From positions 1-64,000 of IMG/VR virus record IMGVR_UViG_2162886007_000107: DNA of 64,000 nt; one strand, given 5' to 3'. A program made the position numbers and the translations under genes. A model generated the notes under the pieces. The model ran no database searches. It worked only from the letters and a program-made list of their open reading frames with translations, and was not told the DNA's origin. This document shows, in pieces, positions 19,901-29,500 of the stretch (position 1 is the stretch's first letter; the number at the start of each line of letters is the position of its first letter).

Positions 19901-22900
19901 ACAGACTTATCGATCTTCGCCACAATCGAGTAGGGGTAAGGAGCTACACTACTCAATGTGTTGTGCGTCTGGGACGCGACACGGTAAACGTTCTGACTGG
20001 TAGCCTTGTCGTATTCCTCAAGACTACTGATCTTCACGGTGTCGAGGCAAGCCATGTAGGTCAAGAAGACCGGCTTGAAACGACCATTGAACCAGGAGAA
20101 GACGTTAGCAAGCTTAGCCTTATCCTTAGGGTCATCCACAAACAGTCGGAGCACATCGGCCAACGGAGCATCCTTAGACAACGATGCACGACCGTTACCG
20201 ATTACTACAAACTTGGTTAATGCTTTCTCAGCATTAAGAACCTTCTCGGCAAGATCACTCTCTACGTCAGAAATACCGTATTGAGTAAGACGCAGTTTTA
20301 CCTGTGTGCCTTCACCTGCTTTATACAACCTGTACAGACCGTAACCTACAGCACCTACAGCAAGTGCACCGAGAACAAACGGACTAGACAGCAAAGCAAG
20401 TGCACCAGTACCCAACCAAGCAGCACCAGTAAGCAATGCACTACCGGTAGCGGCAGCAGCGGTGCCAGCGACGGCACTCAGTTCAAGACCTGCCAAACCA
20501 GCAGCAGCCGAAGCCAACTGATAACCACCGTAAACAGTAGCGGCTGTGTCAACTGCACCCATTACCGAACTAGTGAGATCTCCATCCTCAACTAACCCCG
20601 ATTCTTGCAGGCTAGCTAGCGCGGTGCCGGTTGCCATGGAAACACCAGCAGCCAAACCGAATTTCTTCAGCTTAGTACCAGGCTTCTTCCGGTGCTCTGC
20701 GCGATCTTCCTTACGTTTCTTCCGAACCTCTGGATGTTCATCCTTATTATCCAGAATGGTATCCATGATGCTACCACCAGCTGCAGTCAGACTCTTGGTC
20801 TTCATGAGGGTAAAGATACCCTTGGCAATAGCGGTAATACCTGTGGTCATCAGGGGCAGGGCCTTGAGACCCAATTGAGCAAACCAGATAACTGGCTTAA
20901 TACCAGACCAAAGTGTCTTGGTGAAGAATGTTCCAATACCAGCAATGGCACTGAAGATCATCCCGAAGATTCCTTTCTTCTCTGGTTTCTCGTTGTTCCC
21001 CATCTTCCCTGTAATAGCTTCGCCAATCTTGATGATGGCTTCGTCACGTTTGTCGTGCTTCTTCTCCTTCTTCTTCTCTTCCTGATCAGCGAGGGAGTTG
21101 AGACGGGAATCCTTCCCATTAACGTGTTCGAGTACTTTTCTGCTGAAGTCGTCTGTACGGTTGTGGTTGTCCACACCGCTGTTAGCCCGCTCTTGTTCCT
21201 TGCGTGCTTCTACGACTTCCTCAGGGGCCTTAGCAGCCACATCTGGGTTAATGCCCTTGTTGTGTTCAGGAGTGGCGGTAACTGCTTCCAGTTCACTGGT
21301 TTCTGGCATCAGTTTGTAACCCCAATGATCCAGCAACAAGTGGTAGATGCGGTCGATCGAGTTGGTGATTGGACTGTAGTCAGCCTTCATCATTGAAGCG
21401 CCTTTATCAAAGGCCTTGCCGCCATACTCAATCGCCTTTTGACGGGCAACCCCCAACTTATCCCACAGCCAACCAGCCGCTTTCTTAGTAGCAGAATTAA
21501 GCTTGTTGATACTTACACCCATCGAAGTAGTCAGACCACGATCGTACTCTTCTTGGGTAATAAGGACATTCCCTTCTCGGTCATAAACCGGACCATCGAT
21601 TTCATTCCAACCATTCAGCGCAACAGGCTGACCATCTTTGCCTTTCTTGTAGTAAGCGCCTCCTGCGAAGCTCTTACCGTACAAGGTAGGTTCGGATGAC
21701 CCTTCCTTATAAACGTTCATCTGATAGAAACGATCAGCGACACGTTTACCCATCGCTTTAAGACGACGAGTTGGATCAAGCCAATCCCAGGCTTTACCAA
21801 TCCATTCGCGCACCTTGTTCAGCCCACCAAGAATTACTTCCTTGTTCTCAGCAGTAAACAGTTTTCCTGCCAGACGTTTTGCACCAATAATCGCACCGTT
21901 GGTTTTATCCACGACACTGTTCTTGATGTCAGCCCAGCTTTCGATAACCTTATCTGTAACCGCATCGTAGTAGTCGCCACGCTTACGTTTCCAGACTTCC
22001 AGAATAGGACTATTAGAATCGGCCTCATAGAGGTCTTCCTCATCCTCAGCCAGCTTAGCCTTAGCCATACCGCGAAGCTTAAGGTAAGAAGCAGCAGCCA
22101 AACCACCACCAGCTACCAACATGGCCGTCTTCGGATCATGCAATGCAACACCGGCCAGACCGCCCAACAAGCCGCCCAAGATGAGAGGTTCGTTACGCAG
22201 GACAGTATCGACGGACTTATTGAAGAACTCCTTGAAGGAGAACTGTTTAATCCGATCAATGATCTTGTCTTTACCCGAGCGCATATCCTGTTCTTCTTCC
22301 TTGGACATCTTCTTGCGAGCAGGAAGACGTTCGTGGATAGCGGTCAGTGTTTGGTTACGGGCATTAGCCAGACGCAATAGATCCGAAGTATCCTTAACCA
22401 GCAGGTCAAGACTACTGTTAACCGGGGTAAGGTCCAAGTTCTTAAGCGATTCCAATCCTTGGAAAGTACTACCAGCAGACTTAAGGCTGTCGGCAATGTC
22501 TTTAATACCGTCGAGGCGTTTGAAGGCTTCGTCAATACCAACGATCTTGACCGGAACAGGGTTACTGTCACTTGGAGCATTGGCGTTAGCACCAGATGCA
22601 GCGACAATAGGACCAACGTACGGAGGAATCTTCAACCCACCAGCACCTGGACCCATACCACGGGTTGGGTAGTCTGGAGTATCTGGAGCAGCATCCATTG
22701 TCTGCTTGCGATCAGGGTTCTTCAGATAGTCCTTGAGGATCTTGTCAATGAGTCCTTCATTGATCTCGTCCGTGTTACCGTACTTGCTCTTGGTGATGAT
22801 ACCGGCTTCACGCATTGCATCGTAATAACCGTTGGCTTTGTACAGGTCGATCTTGTCAGACAAGTCGGTCCCGAACATTGACAGGGAGTTAGATGCTTCA

Positions 22901-24903
22901 GCGTATTGAGTCAGTTTAGACCGAGCTTTCTCACCCTTCATGTAGGTAAGCATCTTGGCCTTAGTAACTTCGTCTGCTTCGGAGAACTTTTCAAGATCCT
23001 CTTCAGAGATGTTGAAGTTAATCATCATCATCTTGCGAATAGCTTCAGCAGTTTTAGCGTCGTGACCCTCAGCCTTCAGATCCATGAAGTTGTAAGGGTT
23101 GAAGCCCAGGTCTTTGTCAGCATCCTTAATAAGCTGGAATGCCAAAGCCTGTTTGTGTGCTTTGGAAAGAGCGTTGCCCTCATCAATGTGTCCAGCCAGG
23201 CTTAGCGCTTGGTTGGCTTGAGTAGAGAACTCGCCGCGACCCAGGATGTTGTTTGTTACTTTCACCAACCGTTGTTTCGAGTTGATGAACTGAGCCTTGG
23301 TATAGTCGTAGGACAATGGCTTGATGTCGTCATTGCCTGTACGGAACTTTTCAAAGCTTTGATGAAGCAAGCTGAACCAACGAGGGATCTCCTCATTCAG
23401 CGTACGTTCAGAACGGCGAGTCCATAGGGACTGTTCGTGGCCGTCTTCCAGAGTACGTTGTTGCATCTGGTAAGTCGAGCCATTAGAAGCCCACATGTTT
23501 TCAAGCACCGCACCTGCAACCTTGTTACCGGTTTTACGGGCAGCCTTGAGAACAACCCATTGAGCCTTAGGCATTGGCTTAGCGTCAGGTGCCAGGGTCG
23601 TAAGGTAATCGTCGTAAGTACTGAAGTCATCGAAGCCAGTACCACCGGTGTAATGCTTAGCCAGTGTGTTGACGATCTGTTCACCATTGTTGGTGACGTA
23701 GCTTGCCACGTTGCCCAAGTCTTCAAGACGCTTGTAGGCATTTTCAGCCCATTTGCTCAGATCAGGGAAACGTTTCTTGAACGCAGCAACGAGTGCTTTA
23801 CCTTTACCGCTCTCCATGGCTTTGGGAAGCTGATTAAGGAAGATACCGGCAGCAGCGTTACCCATGAGACTACCTACGTTGATAGGCATCCCTTCAGTCA
23901 TCTCAGCAACCATACGCAGGCTGCTGGTAACGTCTTGGATAGTGCTCATGGTTTCATTACGAGCGTCAGCCCCAAGTTTATCGTTCAGGAATTCACTGAA
24001 GCCACCGAACTTGCTCTTAACCGTACTGAATACCGACTCACGAATACTTTTACGCATTGCCTGGCTATGCGTGGTTTTCTCGTAGTCCGACATCTGCGAG
24101 TACTTATTAATAGCCCGCAGTTCTGTGATGGTCCGATGTTGAGCCGCTTCCTGGAACTTAAAGAAGGCAGCAGAGGTCAGGTGATGACGAGCAGTAATGT
24201 TGATCAGCAGCGAATCGTTCCGCTGTTGCACACGACGCTGGTAATCGAGCAAGTGTTCCAAGAGCTGGTTGGTACGAACGGTAGCCTGAACAACAGAGTG
24301 CATACTGGCGATCTGACGACCACCAATCTCTGTCATCATGGATACTTGTTCTTTACCTACCGCCTTAAAGGTTTCCCGAGTAAGTGCTCCGTTGGCGTTT
24401 TCCGAGTTGATCAGACTGCTGACTTCTTCGTCAGAAGTTTGTTTCATCTGCTCGTCATTGTCACCAGAATGACTAGAAGCTTCCCAGTCAGAAAAGTCCC
24501 GAGTAGAGAACTCAGTGAGGGCTTCCGGGATTTTATTAGGAACCTTCCCGGTAATAGCTCCGGCTGCCCGCTTAGCCAAATATTGAAGGTCCTGAACAGT
24601 TTCGTAGCTACCTTCTTGGAGTTCCCGCATGATCTCGTGACGACGTTGGTCAAAGTCACGGAGACTACGGAAAGTAGGTGCCCAGGTGCCCGGGAGAACG
24701 CGCTGGAGCGTTCTTATCTTTGCATCGGTGCTACCGGCAGTCCTTTCAACCAGGCCGTCCAGAAAGCCGCTGGTGAAGCTGCTGAAGAAACCCTTCTTTC
24801 CACCGGGATTGTCGAAATCCATATCGAAGCCCATGTCGCCTTCAAACGGATCTGGTCCCCAGTCGCTGAAGTCTGACATGTCTTCAAAATCATTATCACT
24901 CAT
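16987..24903 (-). CDS. Tape-measure / tail-associated peptidoglycan hydrolase (phiKZ gp181 position) with GH19 and M15-like peptidase domains
   Basis: ~2640 aa, helical with hydrophobic Gly/Ala segments; GH19 motifs YETGG and GDGYLYRGRGFVQLTGKANY; SKHAKGLALDF...GHIHF zinc-peptidase motif; divergent from the RNAP genes. Confidence 0.85.
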   Translation of the reverse strand: MSDNDFEDMSDFSDWGPDPFEGDMGFDMDFDNPGGKKGFFSSFTSGFLDGLVERTAGSTDAKIRTLQRVLPGTWAPTFRSLRDFDQRRHEIMRELQEGSYETVQDLQYLAKRAAGAITGKVPNKIPEALTEFSTRDFSDWEASSHSGDNDEQMKQTSDEEVSSLINSENANGALTRETFKAVGKEQVSMMTEIGGRQIASMHSVVQATVRTNQLLEHLLDYQRRVQQRNDSLLINITARHHLTSAAFFKFQEAAQHRTITELRAINKYSQMSDYEKTTHSQAMRKSIRESVFSTVKSKFGGFSEFLNDKLGADARNETMSTIQDVTSSLRMVAEMTEGMPINVGSLMGNAAAGIFLNQLPKAMESGKGKALVAAFKKRFPDLSKWAENAYKRLEDLGNVASYVTNNGEQIVNTLAKHYTGGTGFDDFSTYDDYLTTLAPDAKPMPKAQWVVLKAARKTGNKVAGAVLENMWASNGSTYQMQQRTLEDGHEQSLWTRRSERTLNEEIPRWFSLLHQSFEKFRTGNDDIKPLSYDYTKAQFINSKQRLVKVTNNILGRGEFSTQANQALSLAGHIDEGNALSKAHKQALAFQLIKDADKDLGFNPYNFMDLKAEGHDAKTAEAIRKMMMINFNISEEDLEKFSEADEVTKAKMLTYMKGEKARSKLTQYAEASNSLSMFGTDLSDKIDLYKANGYYDAMREAGIITKSKYGNTDEINEGLIDKILKDYLKNPDRKQTMDAAPDTPDYPTRGMGPGAGGLKIPPYVGPIVAASGANANAPSDSNPVPVKIVGIDEAFKRLDGIKDIADSLKSAGSTFQGLESLKNLDLTPVNSSLDLLVKDTSDLLRLANARNQTLTAIHERLPARKKMSKEEEQDMRSGKDKIIDRIKQFSFKEFFNKSVDTVLRNEPLILGGLLGGLAGVALHDPKTAMLVAGGGLAAASYLKLRGMAKAKLAEDEEDLYEADSNSPILEVWKRKRGDYYDAVTDKVIESWADIKNSVVDKTNGAIIGAKRLAGKLFTAENKEVILGGLNKVREWIGKAWDWLDPTRRLKAMGKRVADRFYQMNVYKEGSSEPTLYGKSFAGGAYYKKGKDGQPVALNGWNEIDGPVYDREGNVLITQEEYDRGLTTSMGVSINKLNSATKKAAGWLWDKLGVARQKAIEYGGKAFDKGASMMKADYSPITNSIDRIYHLLLDHWGYKLMPETSELEAVTATPEHNKGINPDVAAKAPEEVVEARKEQERANSGVDNHNRTDDFSRKVLEHVNGKDSRLNSLADQEEKKKEKKHDKRDEAIIKIGEAITGKMGNNEKPEKKGIFGMIFSAIAGIGTFFTKTLWSGIKPVIWFAQLGLKALPLMTTGITAIAKGIFTLMKTKSLTAAGGSIMDTILDNKDEHPEVRKKRKEDRAEHRKKPGTKLKKFGLAAGVSMATGTALASLQESGLVEDGDLTSSVMGAVDTAATVYGGYQLASAAAGLAGLELSAVAGTAAAATGSALLTGAAWLGTGALALLSSPFVLGALAVGAVGYGLYRLYKAGEGTQVKLRLTQYGISDVESDLAEKVLNAEKALTKFVVIGNGRASLSKDAPLADVLRLFVDDPKDKAKLANVFSWFNGRFKPVFLTYMACLDTVKISSLEEYDKATSQNVYRVASQTHNTLSSVAPYPYSIVAKIDKSVPILAQKDTVIRVNNYLEELKKFIDKKTPDSEKQGIDLPKGAVALAARKEVLEKQLAQPYDSGMTGDQRFKAKVELDDINGRLKDLNSNFKIGPQVSAIYIKDLLPDEGAVSLLTAIRLACYGNEDDVHWRVEAVLKLERYCESLFVFNGKEVVFKGQIGDLFGLFKDAFRLKDGDGDEWCRWFRDRFAPVMSNYVLLVNNYRKGQPGVVWKSLSATARFEIAKGLVETKAKITDSIITPIWNVRASPFEGTSSPGKPDKVDRMVKMLGEASTVAKLRDPEKEAGKTNTKAWADSISPHKTGGGYTPHYANVQTADQYKSRRDMLAGGQYGTNVARGAGTGNLYTLNGVYGTPSNQFGYKALTGDSDTSHLDMSNVQRNEGKDTGVKVPRKLAEQLIIREMLKQGFTDPRAIAEMLALTNYETGGYSKTVENLKYTDPTRLMKLFREVTSLDQARALVAGGEVAIGNAVYGGAKGKSLGNLAPGDGYLYRGRGFVQLTGKANYEKTGREIGVDLVNNPEKLGEDPNVMAAVAVNFFKNSKQLQSITDKGDFGYSARGLNGGNELPGMQDRYKLYLSYLDQLSKGTLKADEESGVDASKDSVGSPSATSSGGGGSAGMYGGGAPSMPPLSPAPGGGSQYGTPNNSAPGGWYGSGAISGANGGTGGGDPSGGYDTTGGGLVLNRTGDNSGLRLKSAETTAGGDVHSGIKRMCQLIQTNVKTFKQFTALNDAWHKQKKPNSKHAKGLALDFTLTNGIASSDYAVAIVKGLAQQAGLTPKDFLVLNEYKRASAGATGGHIHFGFVNEEAANKFNQAAGGNAENGQDTTTGGGPVQQQEQKLTPEPPAPPQVPVEAAVPRGTEEANAPEKTYTPVPLPDRKGGSTNNPQMDTDPGTFQKIGQDNPKLTPKPQPVDTRSNPNAAPGPLIDLDGLAEKIVNAIRETGGTQAQIAAQQVAQLEELNKKSTTAPKAVPVR

Positions 24904-24929
24904 TACCACACTCCTAGTGAGCTTAAGCC

Positions 24930-26555
24930 ATGAAGCCTAGTAACTTAACCCTGTTAGATCCCAGGACGATTGTCCCTGGGATCTACAAACCTGTTACGTC
25001 TACTGACGCTTTCGAGGGCATGACACAGAACCTTAACGAACTGGGTCTCTACTCCCCTGAAATCTTCGGCAAGATGGGTACCAAAGAAAGGGATAGCACC
25101 GAAGCCTACATCGATGTAAAATTGCCTATCTTTAACCCGACCTACTTAAAAGCGTTAGGGCAAATAAAATCTTTGTACCTTGGGATTCTCAAAGGTTCGG
25201 AATACGCCGTATGGGACGATAAGTCCAAGGATTTCATAAAATCCAACATCATCGACGGCGAGACCGGCTTTAGTTTCTTTAATCGTCACTTCCTGGAATT
25301 GGTAGTAACGACTACCGACTCGCAAATGCGGAAGATCCGGGTTAAAGCTGTTAATATGTTCCGTCACATTGCCCTGACTGATAAGGTCTTGGTTATCCCA
25401 GCTGGGATGCGTGACATTCAGTTTATGCCAAACGGTTCTGTCAGTGAACCCGAGATGACCGAGTACTACCGCAAACTCATGTTCCGTACTGGGGTTGTTG
25501 CAATCGGTAGTAAGGAAGACAAAGAAAACCCAATGTACGACAACGTGCGCTGGGGTCTGCAATCTTCCTTTAATGACATCGACGAATACATCTTTGGTCT
25601 GCAAGGTGGTAAAGGCGGTATTCTCCAACGCCGGATGTCTACTCGTGGTGTTGTCGGCGGTACTCGTAACGTTATTACTGCACGACGTGTTAGCCGTAGC
25701 AACCTCTTTGAGGATGATGGTGTAAACCCTAACAGTGTGGACATGGGTCTGATGCAGGCCATGATGAACTACAGCTTTGTCTGTATTCACGCCATGACCA
25801 CTAAGTACCTGGAAGGGATCTTTACCATTGGTTCGCAAACAGCCAAACTGGTTAACTCCAAGACACTCGAATTTGAGTACGTGGAGATCCTGCCAGCGAC
25901 TGTGGACAAGTGGACTACTGCTACTGGCCTTACCAAACTGTTTAACGGTTTCTCTAACGTTAACCTGCGCAGCAAGCCTATCGTTATCAGCGGCCATTAT
26001 CTGGCTTTGATTTATGACGACGGTAAAGAAGTTATAGTTCTCAACGATATCAACGACCTACCAGAAGGGCGCGACAAGAAGCTGGTAACTCCTATCACGT
26101 ATATGGAGTTGTTCTACTTGTCCTGTCAGGAAGCGATCCGTCGGCAAATGAGCCAGCAGACTCGTTACCCTATTACTGGTTTGGGTTCCATCTTCCCGGC
26201 TAACGTTAACCTGCTGACTACAGTAGGTGCTAAGCCACGGATCTTGATGGAGATCGATGGGAGTGTAATTGGTACGTTGCCAAGGTTCCCTCTTAAAGTT
26301 GGTAAGGTCGATTACTTTGATGCAATGAGTATTGACCCGACTCGTGAAGCACTGGCAGGTTCTGACCACGATGGTGACGCCCTCAACAGTAACTCGTTGT
26401 GTGGCGAAGACTCCAAAGCAGAAGTCAAGGACTTGTTCGGCAAACGCGAGTATTACATCAGCGGTAGTGGTCAGTTCCTTTATGACCCTGTCAACGAGCC
26501 CGCAATGTTTGCACTGAAAGCCATGACCAGTGGCTTAAGGAAGCGTAATAAATGA
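24930..26555 (+). CDS. Virion RNA polymerase beta'-like subunit (phiKZ gp180-like)
   Basis: GLYSPEIFG, VIPAGMRD, GGKGG, RNVIT, TRYP and catalytic DxDGD (SDHDGD). Confidence 0.9.
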   Translation: MKPSNLTLLDPRTIVPGIYKPVTSTDAFEGMTQNLNELGLYSPEIFGKMGTKERDSTEAYIDVKLPIFNPTYLKALGQIKSLYLGILKGSEYAVWDDKSKDFIKSNIIDGETGFSFFNRHFLELVVTTTDSQMRKIRVKAVNMFRHIALTDKVLVIPAGMRDIQFMPNGSVSEPEMTEYYRKLMFRTGVVAIGSKEDKENPMYDNVRWGLQSSFNDIDEYIFGLQGGKGGILQRRMSTRGVVGGTRNVITARRVSRSNLFEDDGVNPNSVDMGLMQAMMNYSFVCIHAMTTKYLEGIFTIGSQTAKLVNSKTLEFEYVEILPATVDKWTTATGLTKLFNGFSNVNLRSKPIVISGHYLALIYDDGKEVIVLNDINDLPEGRDKKLVTPITYMELFYLSCQEAIRRQMSQQTRYPITGLGSIFPANVNLLTTVGAKPRILMEIDGSVIGTLPRFPLKVGKVDYFDAMSIDPTREALAGSDHDGDALNSNSLCGEDSKAEVKDLFGKREYYISGSGQFLYDPVNEPAMFALKAMTSGLRKRNK

Positions 26556-29500
26556 ATGATATCGACTTGGATGCGGTAGATGGCTCTGAAGCCCTCGCTG
26601 CGTTCTACGAGCAGTTCTTCCGTTACTTTGTAATGCGGAAGAAGCAGGACCTGGTTAATCCCCGGTTTCTGCCGGTAGGTGAGATCAGCCTGCCTCGTCG
26701 TTCTCTGCTGCATTACTTCCCCAAGGACACTGTTGAAATCGGTCCTAGTCGTAGTGAAGGGTTTGTTAGTAACTTCCAGGGTGAAGTATTCCTGGAGTTT
26801 GTTACTGAATACAACCCAGTGTTGGGTAATGGCCGTCGATTGGTGGTTGAGATTCGTAAAGCCATTCAGGCTTATCGTGCCAGCCACTATGACTACTTCT
26901 GGACCAAAGACATCAAGACTGTGTACAACAAGGATAAGGTCCTGATTGTTCGCAGTTACGGTTTCATTGACAAGATGTATCTCCAGCGTGCCGGCATCTT
27001 CATCAACTACGAACGGTTCTACAACCACTTCCATGCTCTGATCGAGGGTATTAAGGAAGAGCACAATCGTGTTGGTGTTGAGGCTCGTCGTCAGTTCATT
27101 CGGATTGACTTGCCTATCAACTTCCCTGGTTTTGTCGACATGTCTACCGACTACGACAACTGGGTACACAACTTTGATCTGGAGAAAGGACTGCCTGTTC
27201 CTACCAACCAAGCCGTGCGGATGACTAAAGCCGAAGGCAGTTACTGGTTGCTGGAATTCATGGCATTCCTGTTTGGCGACTACGAGTACACTCAGTTCGG
27301 GAAACTGAACGAAGAAGAACTCAACGCTACACACCTGATCTTTGTGTTTGATAGTCGTTCGCTCATCATTAACCTTGGCGTAGTTAAAGGCTGGTTGGAT
27401 GGTGAACACGACAAAGGTTATACCGCCCGTATTGAAAAGGAAGACGCCGCCCGTGCTGCTAAAGGCGAGAAGCGTAAACCAGTAAGTCATCGGGCTGGTC
27501 ATGGTAAACGTTTAAACGCATCGAAGCGTTTTTACTTGGCATTGATGAACCTGTCTCGTGGCGGGATCAGCGAAGAAGAGAAGGATAACCCAAATGGCGT
27601 TACGACGGCCGAAGATGCCCCAGTGGCTGAAGGAACGCAGGGAGTTCAGAAAGAATCAGCACAAAAACCCGAAAGCCGTAAGGAACAAGAACTTCTTGCG
27701 AACGCTAACGCTGCCGGGACTGATTCTGACGATGGTTCTCTACTCGATGTCTTCCGGGACCCTGTCAAACCTGTGGCATCGGTTGATAACACCGCAGGAG
27801 AAATTGGAGGCAGAACTCATACTCAAGATGATCAAGAATGGAACTCTGAAGTAGACGAAACTCTACTCGTCCAGGAAAAGGTTGAGACTGCGGTAGTTGC
27901 TCGTAAGGATCAGTTTGCTAATCCTGAAGATGGTATCCGGTTGGCTCTGGAGCAAAGGGCTCGGGAAACCAACCTGAGTGTTGCTGAATATGCTTTCTTC
28001 ATGAAGAAGGGTACTCAGTACAAGACCATCAAGATGAATAATGGTCAGACTATGGAGGAGTTCATCAAGATCACTCCAGAGGAAATCGCTGCGCTTAAGG
28101 AAGACGCGACGGTTACTGGTCAATTCACCACCATCTTGGATGAGAGTCAGCTCCAGTCCAAAGCAATGGTGTTGAAGAAAGGTTATGTTGAACGAATCAT
28201 GTACAAGGACGTGGCTTCCATGTTCTTGGGTATACAGAACGCAGGTTTTGCGCTCAACAACTACAAGCATGAAGAGATCAACAGCGTTGAAGGTGAGTAT
28301 GACGTATTCTCGGTTCAGTTCCATGAAGTAAATGGTGAACAGAGTACTCACGTCATTCGTGTGTCCAAGGTGCAGAAGGACGGTACGTTTACTGTTGATG
28401 GTGTAAAGAACCACATGCAGCTGCAACGCCGTGAACTTCCTATCCGCAAGATCAATGGCAACCAGGTAGTCTTGAGTAGTTACTACCCGAACCGCCTGAT
28501 GGTCCAACGCACGAAGAAGATGGCTGAGAACCAGTCGGTATGGATGGGGAAACAAATCCTGCTCAGAGGTAAGGCAGGTACGTTGACCTTTAACCGAGGG
28601 ACCAAGTTCAACCGGGACTATCCGGCTCCTCGTGTGTACAGTGCTTTGGCCACCAAGTTCCAGTGGATCAAAACCAAGGACTATACCTTCGACTTCCGTA
28701 TCGATGACTTGCTGGAGCAATATCCTGACTTCAAGAAATACACCAAGAAGGAAAGCTTCCTGGTAGGGGTCAAGAACGGCAAGCCACTCACCATTGACGG
28801 TTATGGTTACGTTTATTTGGATGGGGCTGAAGTAGGTACCATCGAAGGACTGATGGATATCAGCCTGAAGAAAGCTCCTGTTGAAACTGTGAACATCAAC
28901 ATCAGCGGTTTCAACTTCCCTATTGGTGTGGTTCTGTGCTGGTACTTTGGTATCGACGAACTCATCAAGTTGACTAAAGCTACTACCCGCACAGTTCCAG
29001 CTGGGACTCGTCCTAAGTTGGATGACGATGAGTACGCTATCACCTTTAACGACGAGTTCTTGATCTTCAACCGTCGTGAAAAGTTGCAAGCCATGATCTT
29101 TGGTGGTTTGGTTGATCTGGGGAATATCAGTAACTTCAGTCGCAGTGATCTGAACGGCAACGGTATTTGGGGTCCCCTCATGGCGGAGCCTAAAGTTCGG
29201 GCTCGTCACTTCCAGGAGATGAAGAACCTTAACGACCTGTTCCTCGATCCGATTCACAAGAAACTGCTGCAAGAGATGAAGTACTCGGAGAACTTCCCTG
29301 AGCTTCTGATCGACGCCGTACGGCTTCTGGAAACAGACCAGACCCGTAATGAGGTAGAACTGGAAGAACAGCGCATCGTGGGTTATGAGCGCTTCCCAGG
29401 GCACATCTACACTACATTCTGCGAAGGCGTTCGCGCTTACCGTGGTAAAGGTACTGATAGAAAGCACAAGCTGGAAATCAATCCTGATGCAGTGACGATG

